Positions 19,249 to 29,176 of a stretch of DNA of 64,000 bases are shown here, piece by piece (position 1 is the stretch's first letter; every line of letters starts with the position of its first letter). The stretch comes from Candidatus Omnitrophota bacterium (GTDB taxonomy: Bacteria; Omnitrophota; Gorgyraeia; Gygaellales; Profunditerraquicolaceae). The stretch lies in contig JBDRAV010000013.1 of the NCBI GenBank assembly GCA_043823435.1, positions 1,012 through 65,011 of the forward strand. The letters are read 5' to 3'. The notes under the pieces are model-generated. The model was not told the origin of the DNA. It made no database searches and saw only the letters and a list, made by a program, of their open reading frames with translations. The position numbers and the translations under genes were made by a program.

Positions 19249-20502
19249 ATGGGAAAGACTATTGCCGAGAAAATATTAAGCAGCCATGCAGGTAAAAGAC
19301 TAAGCGCGGGAGACTTCGCCATATGCAGGGTTGATTTCTCTTTCGGGCAGGACGGGACAACATCCATTATCATAGACAGGGTAAGAGAAATGGGTTTGAG
19401 GCGCTTAAAAACAAAGTTTTGCATGGTCATTGATCATAATGCGCCTTCTCCAAACGAAGGGGTCTCCAGGATACATAAAAAGATGCGCGGATTTTCCGTA
19501 GACTACAATGCCGCTCTTTATGATGTTGGGTGCGGCGTATGTCATCAGGTTATACCCGAATCCGGCGAGGTCATTCCGGGCAGCCTGGTCCTGGGTGCGG
19601 ATTCCCATACTTGCACTTACGGCGCATTGGGCGCATTTGCTACCGGAGTGGGCTCAACCGATCTGGCTATCAGCCTGGCTGCCGGCAAAAACTGGTTCAA
19701 GGTCCCGGAGACGATTAAAATCGCAGTAAAAGGAAGGATGCCTAAAGGGGTATTCGCCAAGGATATCATCCTGCACATAATTACCGATCTTACCGCAAGC
19801 GGAGCGACATACAAAGCGGTAGAATTCAGCGGCAATATAATAGATAAACTGGATATGGATGGGCGTTTCACTATCTGCAATATGGTCGTGGAGATGGGCG
19901 CGAAATGCGGTTTTATGCCTCAGGATACAAAGACTATCCTCTGGTTAAGGTCAAGAGGCGTAAAAATAAATAAAATAAAGCCGGTGACCGCGGACAGCTT
20001 TGCGGCATATACGAAAGTCATAGAATACGATATTTCAAGGCTTACGCCAATGGTATCCCGTCCGCATAGCGTGGATAACGCAGTGCCCGTAGCCGAATTA
20101 AAAAAAATGAATATAAACGAGGCATTCTTGGGAACCTGCACTAATGGTAGATTGGAAGATTTAAAGGTATCGGCATCGATAATAAAAAACAGGAGAGTCG
20201 CTCCCGGAATAAGGTTTATTGTTTCTCCTGCTTCCCGCAGGATATTCCAGGAAGCCTTAAGGCTCGGCTTAGTGGAGGTATTCATTAAGGCAGGGGCAGT
20301 CCTAGTTTCTCCCGGCTGCGGCCCATGTGTCGGTACACATAACGGTGTTCCAGCTGACGGCGAGGTGGTCATATCTACCGCTAACAGGAATTTTAAGGGG
20401 AGGATGGGTAATCCCAGCGCCTTTATTTATCTGGCCTCGCCGGCAACCGTAACAGCTTCGGCGATCAAGGGCCGTATAGCAGATCCGAGAGAATACTTAT
20501 AA
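19249..20502 (+). CDS. Aconitase-family dehydratase large subunit (LeuC/HacA archaeal type)
   Basis: 417 aa, MGKTIAEKILSSHAG..., Fe-S cysteines (GTCTNGR, GCGPCVG). Substrate not assignable from sequence alone. Confidence 0.8.
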   Translation: MGKTIAEKILSSHAGKRLSAGDFAICRVDFSFGQDGTTSIIIDRVREMGLRRLKTKFCMVIDHNAPSPNEGVSRIHKKMRGFSVDYNAALYDVGCGVCHQVIPESGEVIPGSLVLGADSHTCTYGALGAFATGVGSTDLAISLAAGKNWFKVPETIKIAVKGRMPKGVFAKDIILHIITDLTASGATYKAVEFSGNIIDKLDMDGRFTICNMVVEMGAKCGFMPQDTKTILWLRSRGVKINKIKPVTADSFAAYTKVIEYDISRLTPMVSRPHSVDNAVPVAELKKMNINEAFLGTCTNGRLEDLKVSASIIKNRRVAPGIRFIVSPASRRIFQEALRLGLVEVFIKAGAVLVSPGCGPCVGTHNGVPADGEVVISTANRNFKGRMGNPSAFIYLASPATVTASAIKGRIADPREYL

Positions 20503-20527
20503 CTGCACGAATGTCAAGGAGGTCAAT

Positions 20528-21574
20528 ATGGAAATACGCAGCTTGCTTTTATTATGCATAGAAAAGGGTGCCTCTGACCTGCATTTAACTGAAAAAGAAC
20601 CGCCGATATTGCGCATTGACGGATTACTTGTTCGCACTAAATCATCCGTTTTGGAAAAAGAGGAATTAAAGAGGATGATATATAGCGTCCTGAACAGCAG
20701 CCAGAAAGAGATGTTGGAGAAAGACCTGGAGCTGGATTTTTCTGTCGCCCTGCCTGGTATGGACAGATTCAGGGTCAATGTCCATATACAGAAAGGGGTA
20801 GTAGAGGCCGCATTCAGGCGCGTCCCGTTAGAGATACCGAGTATCGCACAATTAGGCCTGCCGAGTATAGCAATAGACCTGTCGCGTAAGTCTAGCGGGT
20901 TGGTGCTTATAACCGGGCCTACGGGGATGGGCAAAACTACGACTTTAGCAGCAATGATCGACATGATCAATAACGAAAGGGAGTCTCTTGTAATATGTAT
21001 CGAAGATCCCATAGAATTCGTGCACGCAAACAAGAAGAGTGTTATTAAACAGAGAGAAGTTTACTCGGATACGCGTTCATTTGCCGAAGCGCTCAAGCGT
21101 GCCTTAAGGCAGGACCCCAATGTTATAGTGGTAGGAGAAATGAGGGACCTGGAGACCATATCCACGGCCCTTACCGCAGCCGAGACAGGGCATCTTGTGT
21201 TAGCCACACTGCACACGCCTGATGCGCCACAGACCGTGGAAAGGATTATAGATGTTTTTCCGCCTTACCAGCAGCAACAAGTGAGGTTGCAGCTGGCGAA
21301 CTGCCTGCAAGCCGTGGTATCGCAATTATTGCTTCCTACGGTTTCGGGTAAAGGAAGGGTTCTGGCTACTGAAGTAATGATGGTAACATCCGGCATAAGG
21401 AATCTTATCCGCGAACAGGAGATAGAACAGATACCCACGCTCATGCAAACAGGCAGTCAATACGGCATGAAGACGATGGATAAATCATTAAAGGAACTGT
21501 ATCAAAAGGGGCTTATCGGCCTGGATGTGGCGATGTCCAAGGCCAAGAACGAAGAGGAGTTCAGGCAGTTATGA
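20528..21574 (+). CDS. pilT: Type IV pilus retraction ATPase PilT
   Basis: 348 aa, Walker [11 protein letters not shown], PilT-type N-terminus (GASDLHL). No other pilus genes in the window. Confidence 0.87.
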   Translation: MEIRSLLLLCIEKGASDLHLTEKEPPILRIDGLLVRTKSSVLEKEELKRMIYSVLNSSQKEMLEKDLELDFSVALPGMDRFRVNVHIQKGVVEAAFRRVPLEIPSIAQLGLPSIAIDLSRKSSGLVLITGPTGMGKTTTLAAMIDMINNERESLVICIEDPIEFVHANKKSVIKQREVYSDTRSFAEALKRALRQDPNVIVVGEMRDLETISTALTAAETGHLVLATLHTPDAPQTVERIIDVFPPYQQQQVRLQLANCLQAVVSQLLLPTVSGKGRVLATEVMMVTSGIRNLIREQEIEQIPTLMQTGSQYGMKTMDKSLKELYQKGLIGLDVAMSKAKNEEEFRQL

Positions 21575-22071
21575 AGATGGAAGGGGTAAGTGTAAAATTA
21601 GGAGATAACATAAACACCGATTTTATTATTTCCGGAAGGTATAAGTTTTCCATAACCGATATTAAAGAATTATCCAGGCACATAATGGAGGACATAGACC
21701 CTGATTTTCCTGGTAAGATAATCCCTGGAGAGTCGATAATCGTGGCAGGAGATAACTTCGGCATGGGTTCATCAAGAGAGCAGGCACCACTTGTAATAAA
21801 AGAGTGCGGTATCCAGGCTGTCCTTGCCAAGTCCTTCGCGCGGATATTCTATCGTAACGGTTTCAATATCGGCCTGCTCTTAATCGAAACCGATACCGAT
21901 AAGATCAAAGAAAAAGACTCACTTTCCATAGATACGGATAAGGGTATAGTCAGGGATACGACCAAGAACATTGAAATGAAGATCAGTCCGTTGCCTCTGT
22001 TCATGCAGGAGATATTAAAAGAGGGCGGGATCGTTAACTACTTTAAGAAATACGGGGGGCTGAAGATATAA
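21571..22071 (+). CDS. Aconitase-family dehydratase small subunit (LeuD/HacB type)
   Basis: 166 aa, [14 protein letters not shown]..., [18 protein letters not shown] overlap with pilT. Confidence 0.8.
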   Translation: MKMEGVSVKLGDNINTDFIISGRYKFSITDIKELSRHIMEDIDPDFPGKIIPGESIIVAGDNFGMGSSREQAPLVIKECGIQAVLAKSFARIFYRNGFNIGLLLIETDTDKIKEKDSLSIDTDKGIVRDTTKNIEMKISPLPLFMQEILKEGGIVNYFKKYGGLKI

Positions 22072-22160
22072 CACCCTATATAGTTCTTAATAAGGTAGGG
22101 TGTAAATTCGCGCATACAACTTAGCTTCGCTTATCGCTCGCTAAGTTGTGCGCTCATTTA
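22072..22160 (+). repeat. Single complete unit of the bipartite intergenic repeat (89 nt)
   Basis: ACACCCTA...TAGGGTGT, then TAAATTC, then GCGCATACAACTTAGC...GCTAAGTTGTGCGC, then TCATTTA. It fills exactly the gap between the leuD-like TAA and the icd-like ATG. Confidence 0.87.
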
Positions 22161-23246
22161 ATGGCACATAAAATAACTTTAATACCGGGTGATGGGATCG
22201 GGCCGGAAGTAACGGAAGCGGCAAGAAGGTGCATAGAAGCAACCGGAGTCAATGTATCATGGAATGAGGTTATTGCAGGGCAGGATGCCATCGATAAATA
22301 CGGCGAGATACTCCCGGGAAGCGTTATTGAATCGATAAAAAGGAATAAGGTGGCCTTAAAGGGGCCTATTGTCACTCCTATCGCAGGAGGATTCCGCTCG
22401 GTGAATGTAGCTATAAGGCATGCCCTTGACTTATACGCCTGTGTCAGGCCGGCAAAATCCTATCCCGGAGTGAAGAGCCTTTATAAAGATATTGACCTGG
22501 TAGTTGTGCGTGAAAACAGCGAAGATCTATATGCGGGTATAGAATTTGAGGAGGGTAGGCCCGAGACGAAAGAATTGATCAATAAAATAGAAGAGTATAC
22601 GCATAAAAATATACGTCTGGATTCCGGGATTTCAATCAAGCCTATCTCGCTATATGCTTCAGAGCGGATAGTGCGTTTTGCTTTTGAGTATGCCTTGAAA
22701 TATAACCGCAAGAAAGTCACCGCCGTGCATAAGGCGAATATTATGAAATTTACGGATGGATTGTTTTTGAAGACGGCCCGCAGGGTCGCTGGTGATTACG
22801 CGGGCAGGGTGGCCTTTGAGGAAGCAATCGTGGATAATATGTCGATGCAACTTGTGCAGAAGCCGGAAAACTACGACGTATTAGTGCTTCCTAATTTATA
22901 CGGAGACATAATTTCCGATCTATGTGCCGGATTGGTAGGGGGGCTTGGAGTTGCACCCGGGGCCAACATCGGAGACGATATAGCCGTATTTGAAGCTGTA
23001 CACGGGTCAGCGCCTAAATATAAAGGCCAAAACAAAGTCAATCCCGTAGCAATGATATTGTCTGGGATCCTTATGCTCAGGTACATAAAAGAGGATAGTG
23101 CCGCCGAGAGGTTGGAAGCAGCGGTAAAAAAAGTATTGGCTCAAGGTAAATCGGTAACATACGATTTAAAAGTAAGCCGCGATGACCCGACCAGCGTAGG
23201 AACGCAGGAGATGGCTAATGCCATTATCCAAGAGATAAAAAGATAG
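22161..23246 (+). CDS. Isocitrate/isopropylmalate dehydrogenase family protein
   Basis: The ORF-track TTG 22146 lies inside the repeat. ATG 22161 gives MAHKITLIPGDGIGPEV... (361 aa). Substrate unresolved. Confidence 0.82.
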   Translation: MAHKITLIPGDGIGPEVTEAARRCIEATGVNVSWNEVIAGQDAIDKYGEILPGSVIESIKRNKVALKGPIVTPIAGGFRSVNVAIRHALDLYACVRPAKSYPGVKSLYKDIDLVVVRENSEDLYAGIEFEEGRPETKELINKIEEYTHKNIRLDSGISIKPISLYASERIVRFAFEYALKYNRKKVTAVHKANIMKFTDGLFLKTARRVAGDYAGRVAFEEAIVDNMSMQLVQKPENYDVLVLPNLYGDIISDLCAGLVGGLGVAPGANIGDDIAVFEAVHGSAPKYKGQNKVNPVAMILSGILMLRYIKEDSAAERLEAAVKKVLAQGKSVTYDLKVSRDDPTSVGTQEMANAIIQEIKR

Positions 23247-23274
23247 CACTCCGTTAACCAATAAGAAAATAACC

Positions 23275-24210
23275 ATGAAGATCACTATAATAGGCGCAGG
23301 AAATGTCGGGGGATTGACCGCTATGCGCCTTGCCGAAGCAGGCTTTGGCGAAATAGTATTAGCGGATATAGACGGGGGCCTTGCCAAAGGAAAAGCGTTG
23401 GATCTCGAAGACAACGCTTCTATTTTAAGGCTTAACTACCGTATCTTTGGCGTGGGTGATATGGCGAAAATAGGCAATTCTGATATTATTGTCATTACCG
23501 CCGGGCTTACGCGCAAGCCCGGAATGACCAGGGAGGACCTGTTTAATAAGAATGCCCGGATATTAAAAGAGGTCTGCATAAAAATAAAAGAGATATCTCC
23601 CGGATCAATAGTAATAGTAGTGACTAACCCACTGGACTTGATGACATATCTGGCCCTAAAAGTTACTGCTTTTAAACCGGGCAGGGTATTCGGAATGGGT
23701 ATAAGCCTTGATACGGCGAGATTCGCCAACCTTATAAGCCAGGAGTTAAATCTTTCTTATGCAGATATTGAGGCCTGCGTGATAGGCAGCCACGGTGAGG
23801 GGATGATGCCGCTGCCGCGCCTTACAACAATCAAGGGTATCGAATTGAGCCAATTCCTTTCGGAAGAAAAAGTAAAGGATATAACTAACAGGACTATGGG
23901 GCGCGGATTAGAGATAGTCTCATCGTTAGGAAGCGGAAGCGCATATTTTGCTCCTTCCCAGGCGATAGCAGCAATCGTTAAAATGATCGCAAAAGACGAG
24001 AAACGCACAGTAGGTTTATCCGCATACCTAAACGGAGAATATGGGGAAAAGGATATCTGTATCGGAGTCCCCTGCCGCCTCGGGAAGAACGGCATAGAAA
24101 AGATCATTGAACTTGATTTAAACCAGCAGGAGAGGGCACTTTTTACTCAGGCAGCCGGCTCAATTCGCAGTAATCTGGAGCTTATTAAACCTTTTTGCCA
24201 TGGATTATGA
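23275..24210 (+). CDS. mdh: Malate dehydrogenase (LDH-like type)
   Basis: MKITIIGAGNVGG..., 311 aa. Confidence 0.87.
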   Translation: MKITIIGAGNVGGLTAMRLAEAGFGEIVLADIDGGLAKGKALDLEDNASILRLNYRIFGVGDMAKIGNSDIIVITAGLTRKPGMTREDLFNKNARILKEVCIKIKEISPGSIVIVVTNPLDLMTYLALKVTAFKPGRVFGMGISLDTARFANLISQELNLSYADIEACVIGSHGEGMMPLPRLTTIKGIELSQFLSEEKVKDITNRTMGRGLEIVSSLGSGSAYFAPSQAIAAIVKMIAKDEKRTVGLSAYLNGEYGEKDICIGVPCRLGKNGIEKIIELDLNQQERALFTQAAGSIRSNLELIKPFCHGL

Positions 24211-25507
24211 TCTGGCGGTAATCGGTGCGGGCTGGGCAGGATTTAACGCCGCGCTGAAAGCAAAGGCACACGGCTTAAAAGTAGTCATTATCGAGAAAGA
24301 CCAGATAGGCGGTACTTGTCTTAACCGCGGTTGCATTCCCACCAAAACGCTCTTGCAATCGGTCAAGGCGTATTCCCTCGCAAAGAAATCTGGGACGTTC
24401 GGTATAGAGGTACGGGATCCACAGATAAATTTCTCCGCTGTCCAATCCAGAAAAGAGAATGTCATGCAGCAGTTACGCCAGGGGATGAAATTAGTACTTG
24501 GCGATATGGACCTGTTGAAAGGCGATGCGCGTATACTGGACAGCAATACCATAAGGGTTGGCGAAAAAGAGATATGCACAATGTTTATACTTGTCGCCTC
24601 CGGCTCAAAGCCCCTTGAGCTAAAAGATATAAAACTAGACGGGAAGAAGATCATCTCCAGCAATGAGATATTGAACTTGAAGGAACTTCCTTCTTCACTC
24701 CTGATCATTGGAGGAGGAGTTATAGGGTGCGAATTCGCCAGTTTGTTTTCCGCTTTCGGATGCCAGGTGACGATAGTGGAACTGACTCCCCAGTTATTGC
24801 CTGGACTGGACAAAGAGGTAGCCAGAAAAATAGAGACTATTTTTAAAAAGAAGGGTGTCAAAGTCTCAACGGATACGGACGCAAAGGCTTTTAATTTCAA
24901 TGATTACGACCTGGTATTGTTGTGCGTCGGACGCGCACCCGCGACAGAGGGGCTGGGCCTTGATGAGGTTGGGGTGAGGTCGGTTAATGGTATGATCAGC
25001 GTAGACGATACCCTTAAAACCGATATACCCAATATCTATGCGGCGGGTGATTGTGCCAGTAAAACCATGCTTGCCCACTTTGCGGCTTATCAGGGGTGTA
25101 TTGCGGCTGAAAATATCGCAGAGCCATTGCGCACCCCCAGAAGGTCAGATAGTTCTTGTATCCCCAGCTGTATATTTACCGACCCTGAGATAGGGGCTGT
25201 TGGGATAACGGAAGAAGAAGCTAAGCGCGGGAATATCGATGTAGGCGTGAATAAATTCGATTTCCTTGGATCCGGAATGGCCCGTATACTTGATGAAACA
25301 AACGGGTTCATCAAGATAATCTCAAATAAAAGCTCGGGAGATATCCTGGGCGCTTCCATAATCGGGCCGCGGGCAACAGAATTGATAGGAATATTGTCCG
25401 TAGCCGTACAATCCCGTCTTAAAGTCTCTCAGATGCGCGATACCATATTAGCACATCCTACATTATCCGAGGGGATTACCAGCGCCTTAAAGGAAGATGG
25501 AATTTAG
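24200..25507 (+). CDS. lpdA: Dihydrolipoyl dehydrogenase-like FAD/NAD(P) disulfide oxidoreductase
   Basis: GGTCLNRGCIPTK redox disulfide and C-terminal HPTLSE. At 435 aa it is shorter than typical LpdA. Confidence 0.78.
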   Translation: MDYDLAVIGAGWAGFNAALKAKAHGLKVVIIEKDQIGGTCLNRGCIPTKTLLQSVKAYSLAKKSGTFGIEVRDPQINFSAVQSRKENVMQQLRQGMKLVLGDMDLLKGDARILDSNTIRVGEKEICTMFILVASGSKPLELKDIKLDGKKIISSNEILNLKELPSSLLIIGGGVIGCEFASLFSAFGCQVTIVELTPQLLPGLDKEVARKIETIFKKKGVKVSTDTDAKAFNFNDYDLVLLCVGRAPATEGLGLDEVGVRSVNGMISVDDTLKTDIPNIYAAGDCASKTMLAHFAAYQGCIAAENIAEPLRTPRRSDSSCIPSCIFTDPEIGAVGITEEEAKRGNIDVGVNKFDFLGSGMARILDETNGFIKIISNKSSGDILGASIIGPRATELIGILSVAVQSRLKVSQMRDTILAHPTLSEGITSALKEDGI

Positions 25508-26135
25508 GAGATTTGACCTGGGGTTAATCGATTTTAAGGAAGCGCTGCAATTCCAGAAAGAGATATTCGGCAGAGTAAAGGATAGTTATTTTGACAACGC
25601 ACTGATTCTCTGCAGGCATTATCCGGTAATCACCGTTGGCAGGCGCGCAAAAGGAAGAAATATTATGGTTCCTCCCGGCGAACTGCAGCGCATGGGGATC
25701 GATATACACGATATAGAGCGCGGGGGCGATATCACTTACCATGGCCCAGGGCGGATCACCGCCTATCCTGTATTTAACCTTAATTACTTAAAAAAGGATG
25801 TTCATTTCTTCCTGCGGGAACTCGAGGAATTAGCCATTGATTTCTTGAGTGATTTCAGGGTCAATGCTTCAAGGCGAGAGGGATTAACCGGCGTGTGGAT
25901 AGGCAGGCGTAAGATCGTTTCTATAGGGATTGCAATCAGGAACTGGATTACATTTCACGGTATGAGCATAAATATAAAAAAAGAAGATTTGCCTAATTTC
26001 AGGCTGATCAGGCCATGCGGGATGGATATAGAAATGACTTCTCTGGAGACGGAATCAGGTAGGGATATAGATATCGCAGGAATAAAGGGTATCCTTGCGG
26101 ATAAATTCAAAAACAGGTACTTAACCGTTCATTAA
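25497..26135 (+). CDS. lipB: Octanoyltransferase LipB
   Basis: 212 aa, ...ERGGDITYHGPGRITAYP..., ...VSIGIAIRNWITFHG.... Confidence 0.85.
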   Translation: MEFRRFDLGLIDFKEALQFQKEIFGRVKDSYFDNALILCRHYPVITVGRRAKGRNIMVPPGELQRMGIDIHDIERGGDITYHGPGRITAYPVFNLNYLKKDVHFFLRELEELAIDFLSDFRVNASRREGLTGVWIGRRKIVSIGIAIRNWITFHGMSINIKKEDLPNFRLIRPCGMDIEMTSLETESGRDIDIAGIKGILADKFKNRYLTVH

Positions 26136-26151
26136 AGAGGAGGATAACGAT

Positions 26152-26382
26152 ATGACTAAAGTGGTTTTACCGGAATTAGGAGAAGGGATAACAAAGGCCA
26201 CTGTTTCTTACTGGTATTTCAAAGAAGGGGAGAAGGTAAACGAAAAAGATGACCTGGTCGAACTCACTACAGATAAGGCCACCTTTAACCTGCCCAGCCC
26301 TTGTTCGGGGGTCATCTTGGAAGCCTACTTCCACGAAGGCGATACGGTTAATGTCGGGGAAACCCTGGTCGCAATAGAATGA
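26152..26382 (+). CDS. Stand-alone E2-type lipoyl/biotinyl attachment domain protein (76 aa)
   Basis: LPELGEGITKATVSYWYFKEGEKV...VELTTDKATFNLPSP... (attachment lysine in TDKA). No catalytic E2 domain. Confidence 0.75.
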   Translation: MTKVVLPELGEGITKATVSYWYFKEGEKVNEKDDLVELTTDKATFNLPSPCSGVILEAYFHEGDTVNVGETLVAIE

Positions 26383-26513
26383 TTCTATAAATATTCCTTG
26401 ACAATCCTAATAAAATTGATTTTTTTATATATATAATTATTGTAAGTATACATAAGTTAATTTAAATAGGCCTAAAGATAGAAAAGATCTTCCTTCAACA
26501 ATAGATAACCCCT

Positions 26514-27650
26514 ATGCATAATAAGACCAAACGCATAATCCTGATGTATATCTCGGAAGTATCGGGCCACCATAGCGCTACGATAGCGATTGAAAGGGCG
26601 TTAAAAATATTGCGGCCGGAAACTGAACTTATCAATATAAACGCGTTTAACTACACGAATCCGGTTTCTGAAAAGATCATCAACCGCCTTTATATGGCGG
26701 TAATCAAAAGGACTCCAAGGATATGGGATTATCTTTACGATAACCCTACAGTAGTAAAGAAGATTGAAAACATAAAGAAAACCATCCATAAGTTCAATTC
26801 CCCGAAATTAAAGACCCTTTTCGATAAATTCAAACCTGACGTTATTGTATGCACGCAGGCATTCCCGTGCGGGATGGTCGCGGACTTTAAAAAGACATAC
26901 AACTCGAACCTTGACCTGGTAGCGGTGCTTACCGATTACATACCCCATGCATACTGGGTATATGAGACCATAAACTACTACATTACTCCTTCGGATGAGG
27001 TGTCAGAACGCCTGATAATGAAGGGCGTGCCCGCAGATAAAATAAAATCTTTGGGGATACCTTTTGACCCCAGTTTCAACGACATTGTCTCCAGGAGCGA
27101 TATCATGCGTAAGCTCGGCATTAATCAGGACCTTCCCGTGCTCCTGATTATGGGGGGAGGCCAGGGGTTAGGCCCGATAAAGACCCTGGTCATGTCGCTT
27201 GAAAAAGCAAAGGAGGATTTCCAGGAGATCATCGTAACCGGGACTAACAGGAAGCTATATAAATCTTTAAAGAAGAAGATAGGTAAATGCGGGAAAAGGA
27301 CGTTCCTTTTTAGATACGCGGATAATATAAATGAACTGATGAATATCAGCGATATCATTATTACCAAGCCCGGTGGCGTAACTACCTCTGAGGCCCTGGC
27401 AAAAAAGATACCTATGATCATCGTAAAGCCCATACCCGGGCAGGAAGAAAGCAATACCGCCTACCTTACCAAAGAGAGGGCTGCAATCAAACTTGATGAT
27501 CCCGGAAAAATAAATCTTGTCGTTGACGATCTGTTGTTAAGCCGCGATAAGCTGAAAGCCTTAAGCGAAGCCAGCAGCCGCATAGGAAAACCAAATGCGA
27601 GCATGGATATAGCAAAGTTCATACTTAACCTGCCGCATAAACATGTTTAA
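26514..27650 (+). CDS. MGDG-synthase/UgtP-like diacylglycerol glycosyltransferase (GT28)
   Basis: 378 aa, N-terminal MGDG_synth-like region, C-terminal ...ITKPGGVTTSEALA...PGQEE.N.... Confidence 0.72.
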   Translation: MHNKTKRIILMYISEVSGHHSATIAIERALKILRPETELININAFNYTNPVSEKIINRLYMAVIKRTPRIWDYLYDNPTVVKKIENIKKTIHKFNSPKLKTLFDKFKPDVIVCTQAFPCGMVADFKKTYNSNLDLVAVLTDYIPHAYWVYETINYYITPSDEVSERLIMKGVPADKIKSLGIPFDPSFNDIVSRSDIMRKLGINQDLPVLLIMGGGQGLGPIKTLVMSLEKAKEDFQEIIVTGTNRKLYKSLKKKIGKCGKRTFLFRYADNINELMNISDIIITKPGGVTTSEALAKKIPMIIVKPIPGQEESNTAYLTKERAAIKLDDPGKINLVVDDLLLSRDKLKALSEASSRIGKPNASMDIAKFILNLPHKHV

Positions 27651-28545
27651 CTATATAATCTACAGGATAGGTCAGTTCATCGCTTTACGCTTACCTTTAA
27701 AGGTGGTTTATAAAATAGCATTGACGGTTTCCGATCTGCATTACTTTTTTGCCGCCAAGGACCGCCGGATAACAAAAGAGAACCTACGGGCGATATTCCC
27801 GGAAAAGACAGACAGGCAGATCCGCAGGATAAGGATAATGATGTTCAGGAATTTCGCCAAATATCTGGTAGATTTTTTCCGTTTTTCTAAACTGGACCTC
27901 GCGTATTCGAAAAATAATATCCGGATAGAGAATATAAGTTATATCGACGACGTGCTTTTAAAGGGTAAGGGCGCCATTGCTGTTACCGCTCACCTGGGAA
28001 ACTGGGAACTAGGGGGGGTAGTGATCGCGTTATCAGGATATCCTTTTTGGGCAGTAGCCCTGCCGCATAAATCTAAAAAGGTGGATAACTTTTTTAATTC
28101 CCAAAGGGAGATGAAAGGCGTAAAAGTAATTCCGACGAGTAAAGCGGTCAGGCGATCCCTTGATATATTAAGAGAGAATAAGGTTCTGGCCCTTGTAGGA
28201 GACAGGGTTTTCAGCGAGAAAGGGTTGGTGCTTGATTTCTTCGGCAGGCCAACCATGTTCCCTCAGGGCCCGGCAGCCTTCGCCTTGAAAACAGGCGCAA
28301 CGATTATCCCCGGATTCATGGTAAGAAACAAAGACGACACTTTTACCTTAAGATTTGAGAAGCCTCTTTATTTTACTCCTACAGGCGACAGGGATAGCGA
28401 TATGGTAAACCTGACCTTGCAGTTTAAGAATATTTTTGAAGAGTATATCAGGAAGTATCCTGAACAATGGTATGTATTCAGGAAATTCTGGAAAGATAAT
28501 CCGAATGAAGGTTTGCGTAATCATACCCACATACAACGAAGCTAG
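27643..28545 (+). CDS. LpxL/HtrB-family lysophospholipid/lipid A acyltransferase
   Basis: 300 aa, TAHLGNWELGG motif region. Confidence 0.7.
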   Translation: MFNYIIYRIGQFIALRLPLKVVYKIALTVSDLHYFFAAKDRRITKENLRAIFPEKTDRQIRRIRIMMFRNFAKYLVDFFRFSKLDLAYSKNNIRIENISYIDDVLLKGKGAIAVTAHLGNWELGGVVIALSGYPFWAVALPHKSKKVDNFFNSQREMKGVKVIPTSKAVRRSLDILRENKVLALVGDRVFSEKGLVLDFFGRPTMFPQGPAAFALKTGATIIPGFMVRNKDDTFTLRFEKPLYFTPTGDRDSDMVNLTLQFKNIFEEYIRKYPEQWYVFRKFWKDNPNEGLRNHTHIQRS

Positions 28546-29176
28546 CACCATAGCGGGGATCGTTACTAAGATTAAACAGCTGGGGCTGGAAATATTGGTC
28601 ATCGATGACGGTTCCCTAGATAACACATCACAGATCGCGCGCGATAACGGCGCGGTCATCCTGCGTAATGAAAATAATGAAGGCAAGGGCGCTTCGCTGA
28701 TCAAGGGTTTCCGTTATGCTTTAAACTCGGGCTCAGAGGCTGTTATTACCATGGACGGGGACGGACAGCACCTGCCCGAGGAGATACCATATTTCATCAG
28801 GATAGCCAAAGATTCAAAGAGCGGGATCCTTATAGGCAATAGGATGCTTAGAAATAATAGCATGCCTTTGGTACGCGTTATGACGAATAAATTTATGTCC
28901 TGGATTATATCTTTAGTAGCGGGCCAGGATATACCGGATACCCAGTGCGGGTTCCGGCTTATCAAAAAAGATGTGCTGGAGAATGTCAACCTCAGGACTT
29001 CCAAATACGAAAGTGAGTCCGAGATATTAATCAAGGCATCGCGTTTAGGCTATAAAATCGAGTCGGTCCCTATTAAGACCATATACAGCGGGGAAAAAAG
29101 CCAGATCAACCCTTTAATCGACACCTTAAGATTCATTAAATTTATAATCAACGAAGCATGGACTACACGGGATTAA
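28505..29176 (+). CDS. Family 2 glycosyltransferase (polyprenyl-phosphate sugar synthase-like)
   Basis: The internal ATG 28505 gives MKVCVIIPTYNE...DDGSLDNT...DGDGQH. The ORF-track start 28436 is probably too early. Confidence 0.8.
   Translation: MKVCVIIPTYNEASTIAGIVTKIKQLGLEILVIDDGSLDNTSQIARDNGAVILRNENNEGKGASLIKGFRYALNSGSEAVITMDGDGQHLPEEIPYFIRIAKDSKSGILIGNRMLRNNSMPLVRVMTNKFMSWIISLVAGQDIPDTQCGFRLIKKDVLENVNLRTSKYESESEILIKASRLGYKIESVPIKTIYSGEKSQINPLIDTLRFIKFIINEAWTTRD

Noticed and set aside
20528-21574. pilT as a recently inserted mobile or foreign gene
   Set aside because: There are no flanking direct or inverted repeats and no obvious compositional break by eye. Its stop overlaps the next gene's start (ATGA), indicating long-standing integration. 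It is kept only as a synteny oddity.
26398-26444. Promoter in the AT-rich spacer before the MGDG-synthase-like gene (TTGACA at 26398, TTGATT at 26416, TATAAT at 26432)
   Set aside because: No -35/-10 pair has acceptable 16-18-nt spacing (TTGACA+17 lands on TTTTTT; TTGATT to TATAAT is 10 nt). No specific call is made.
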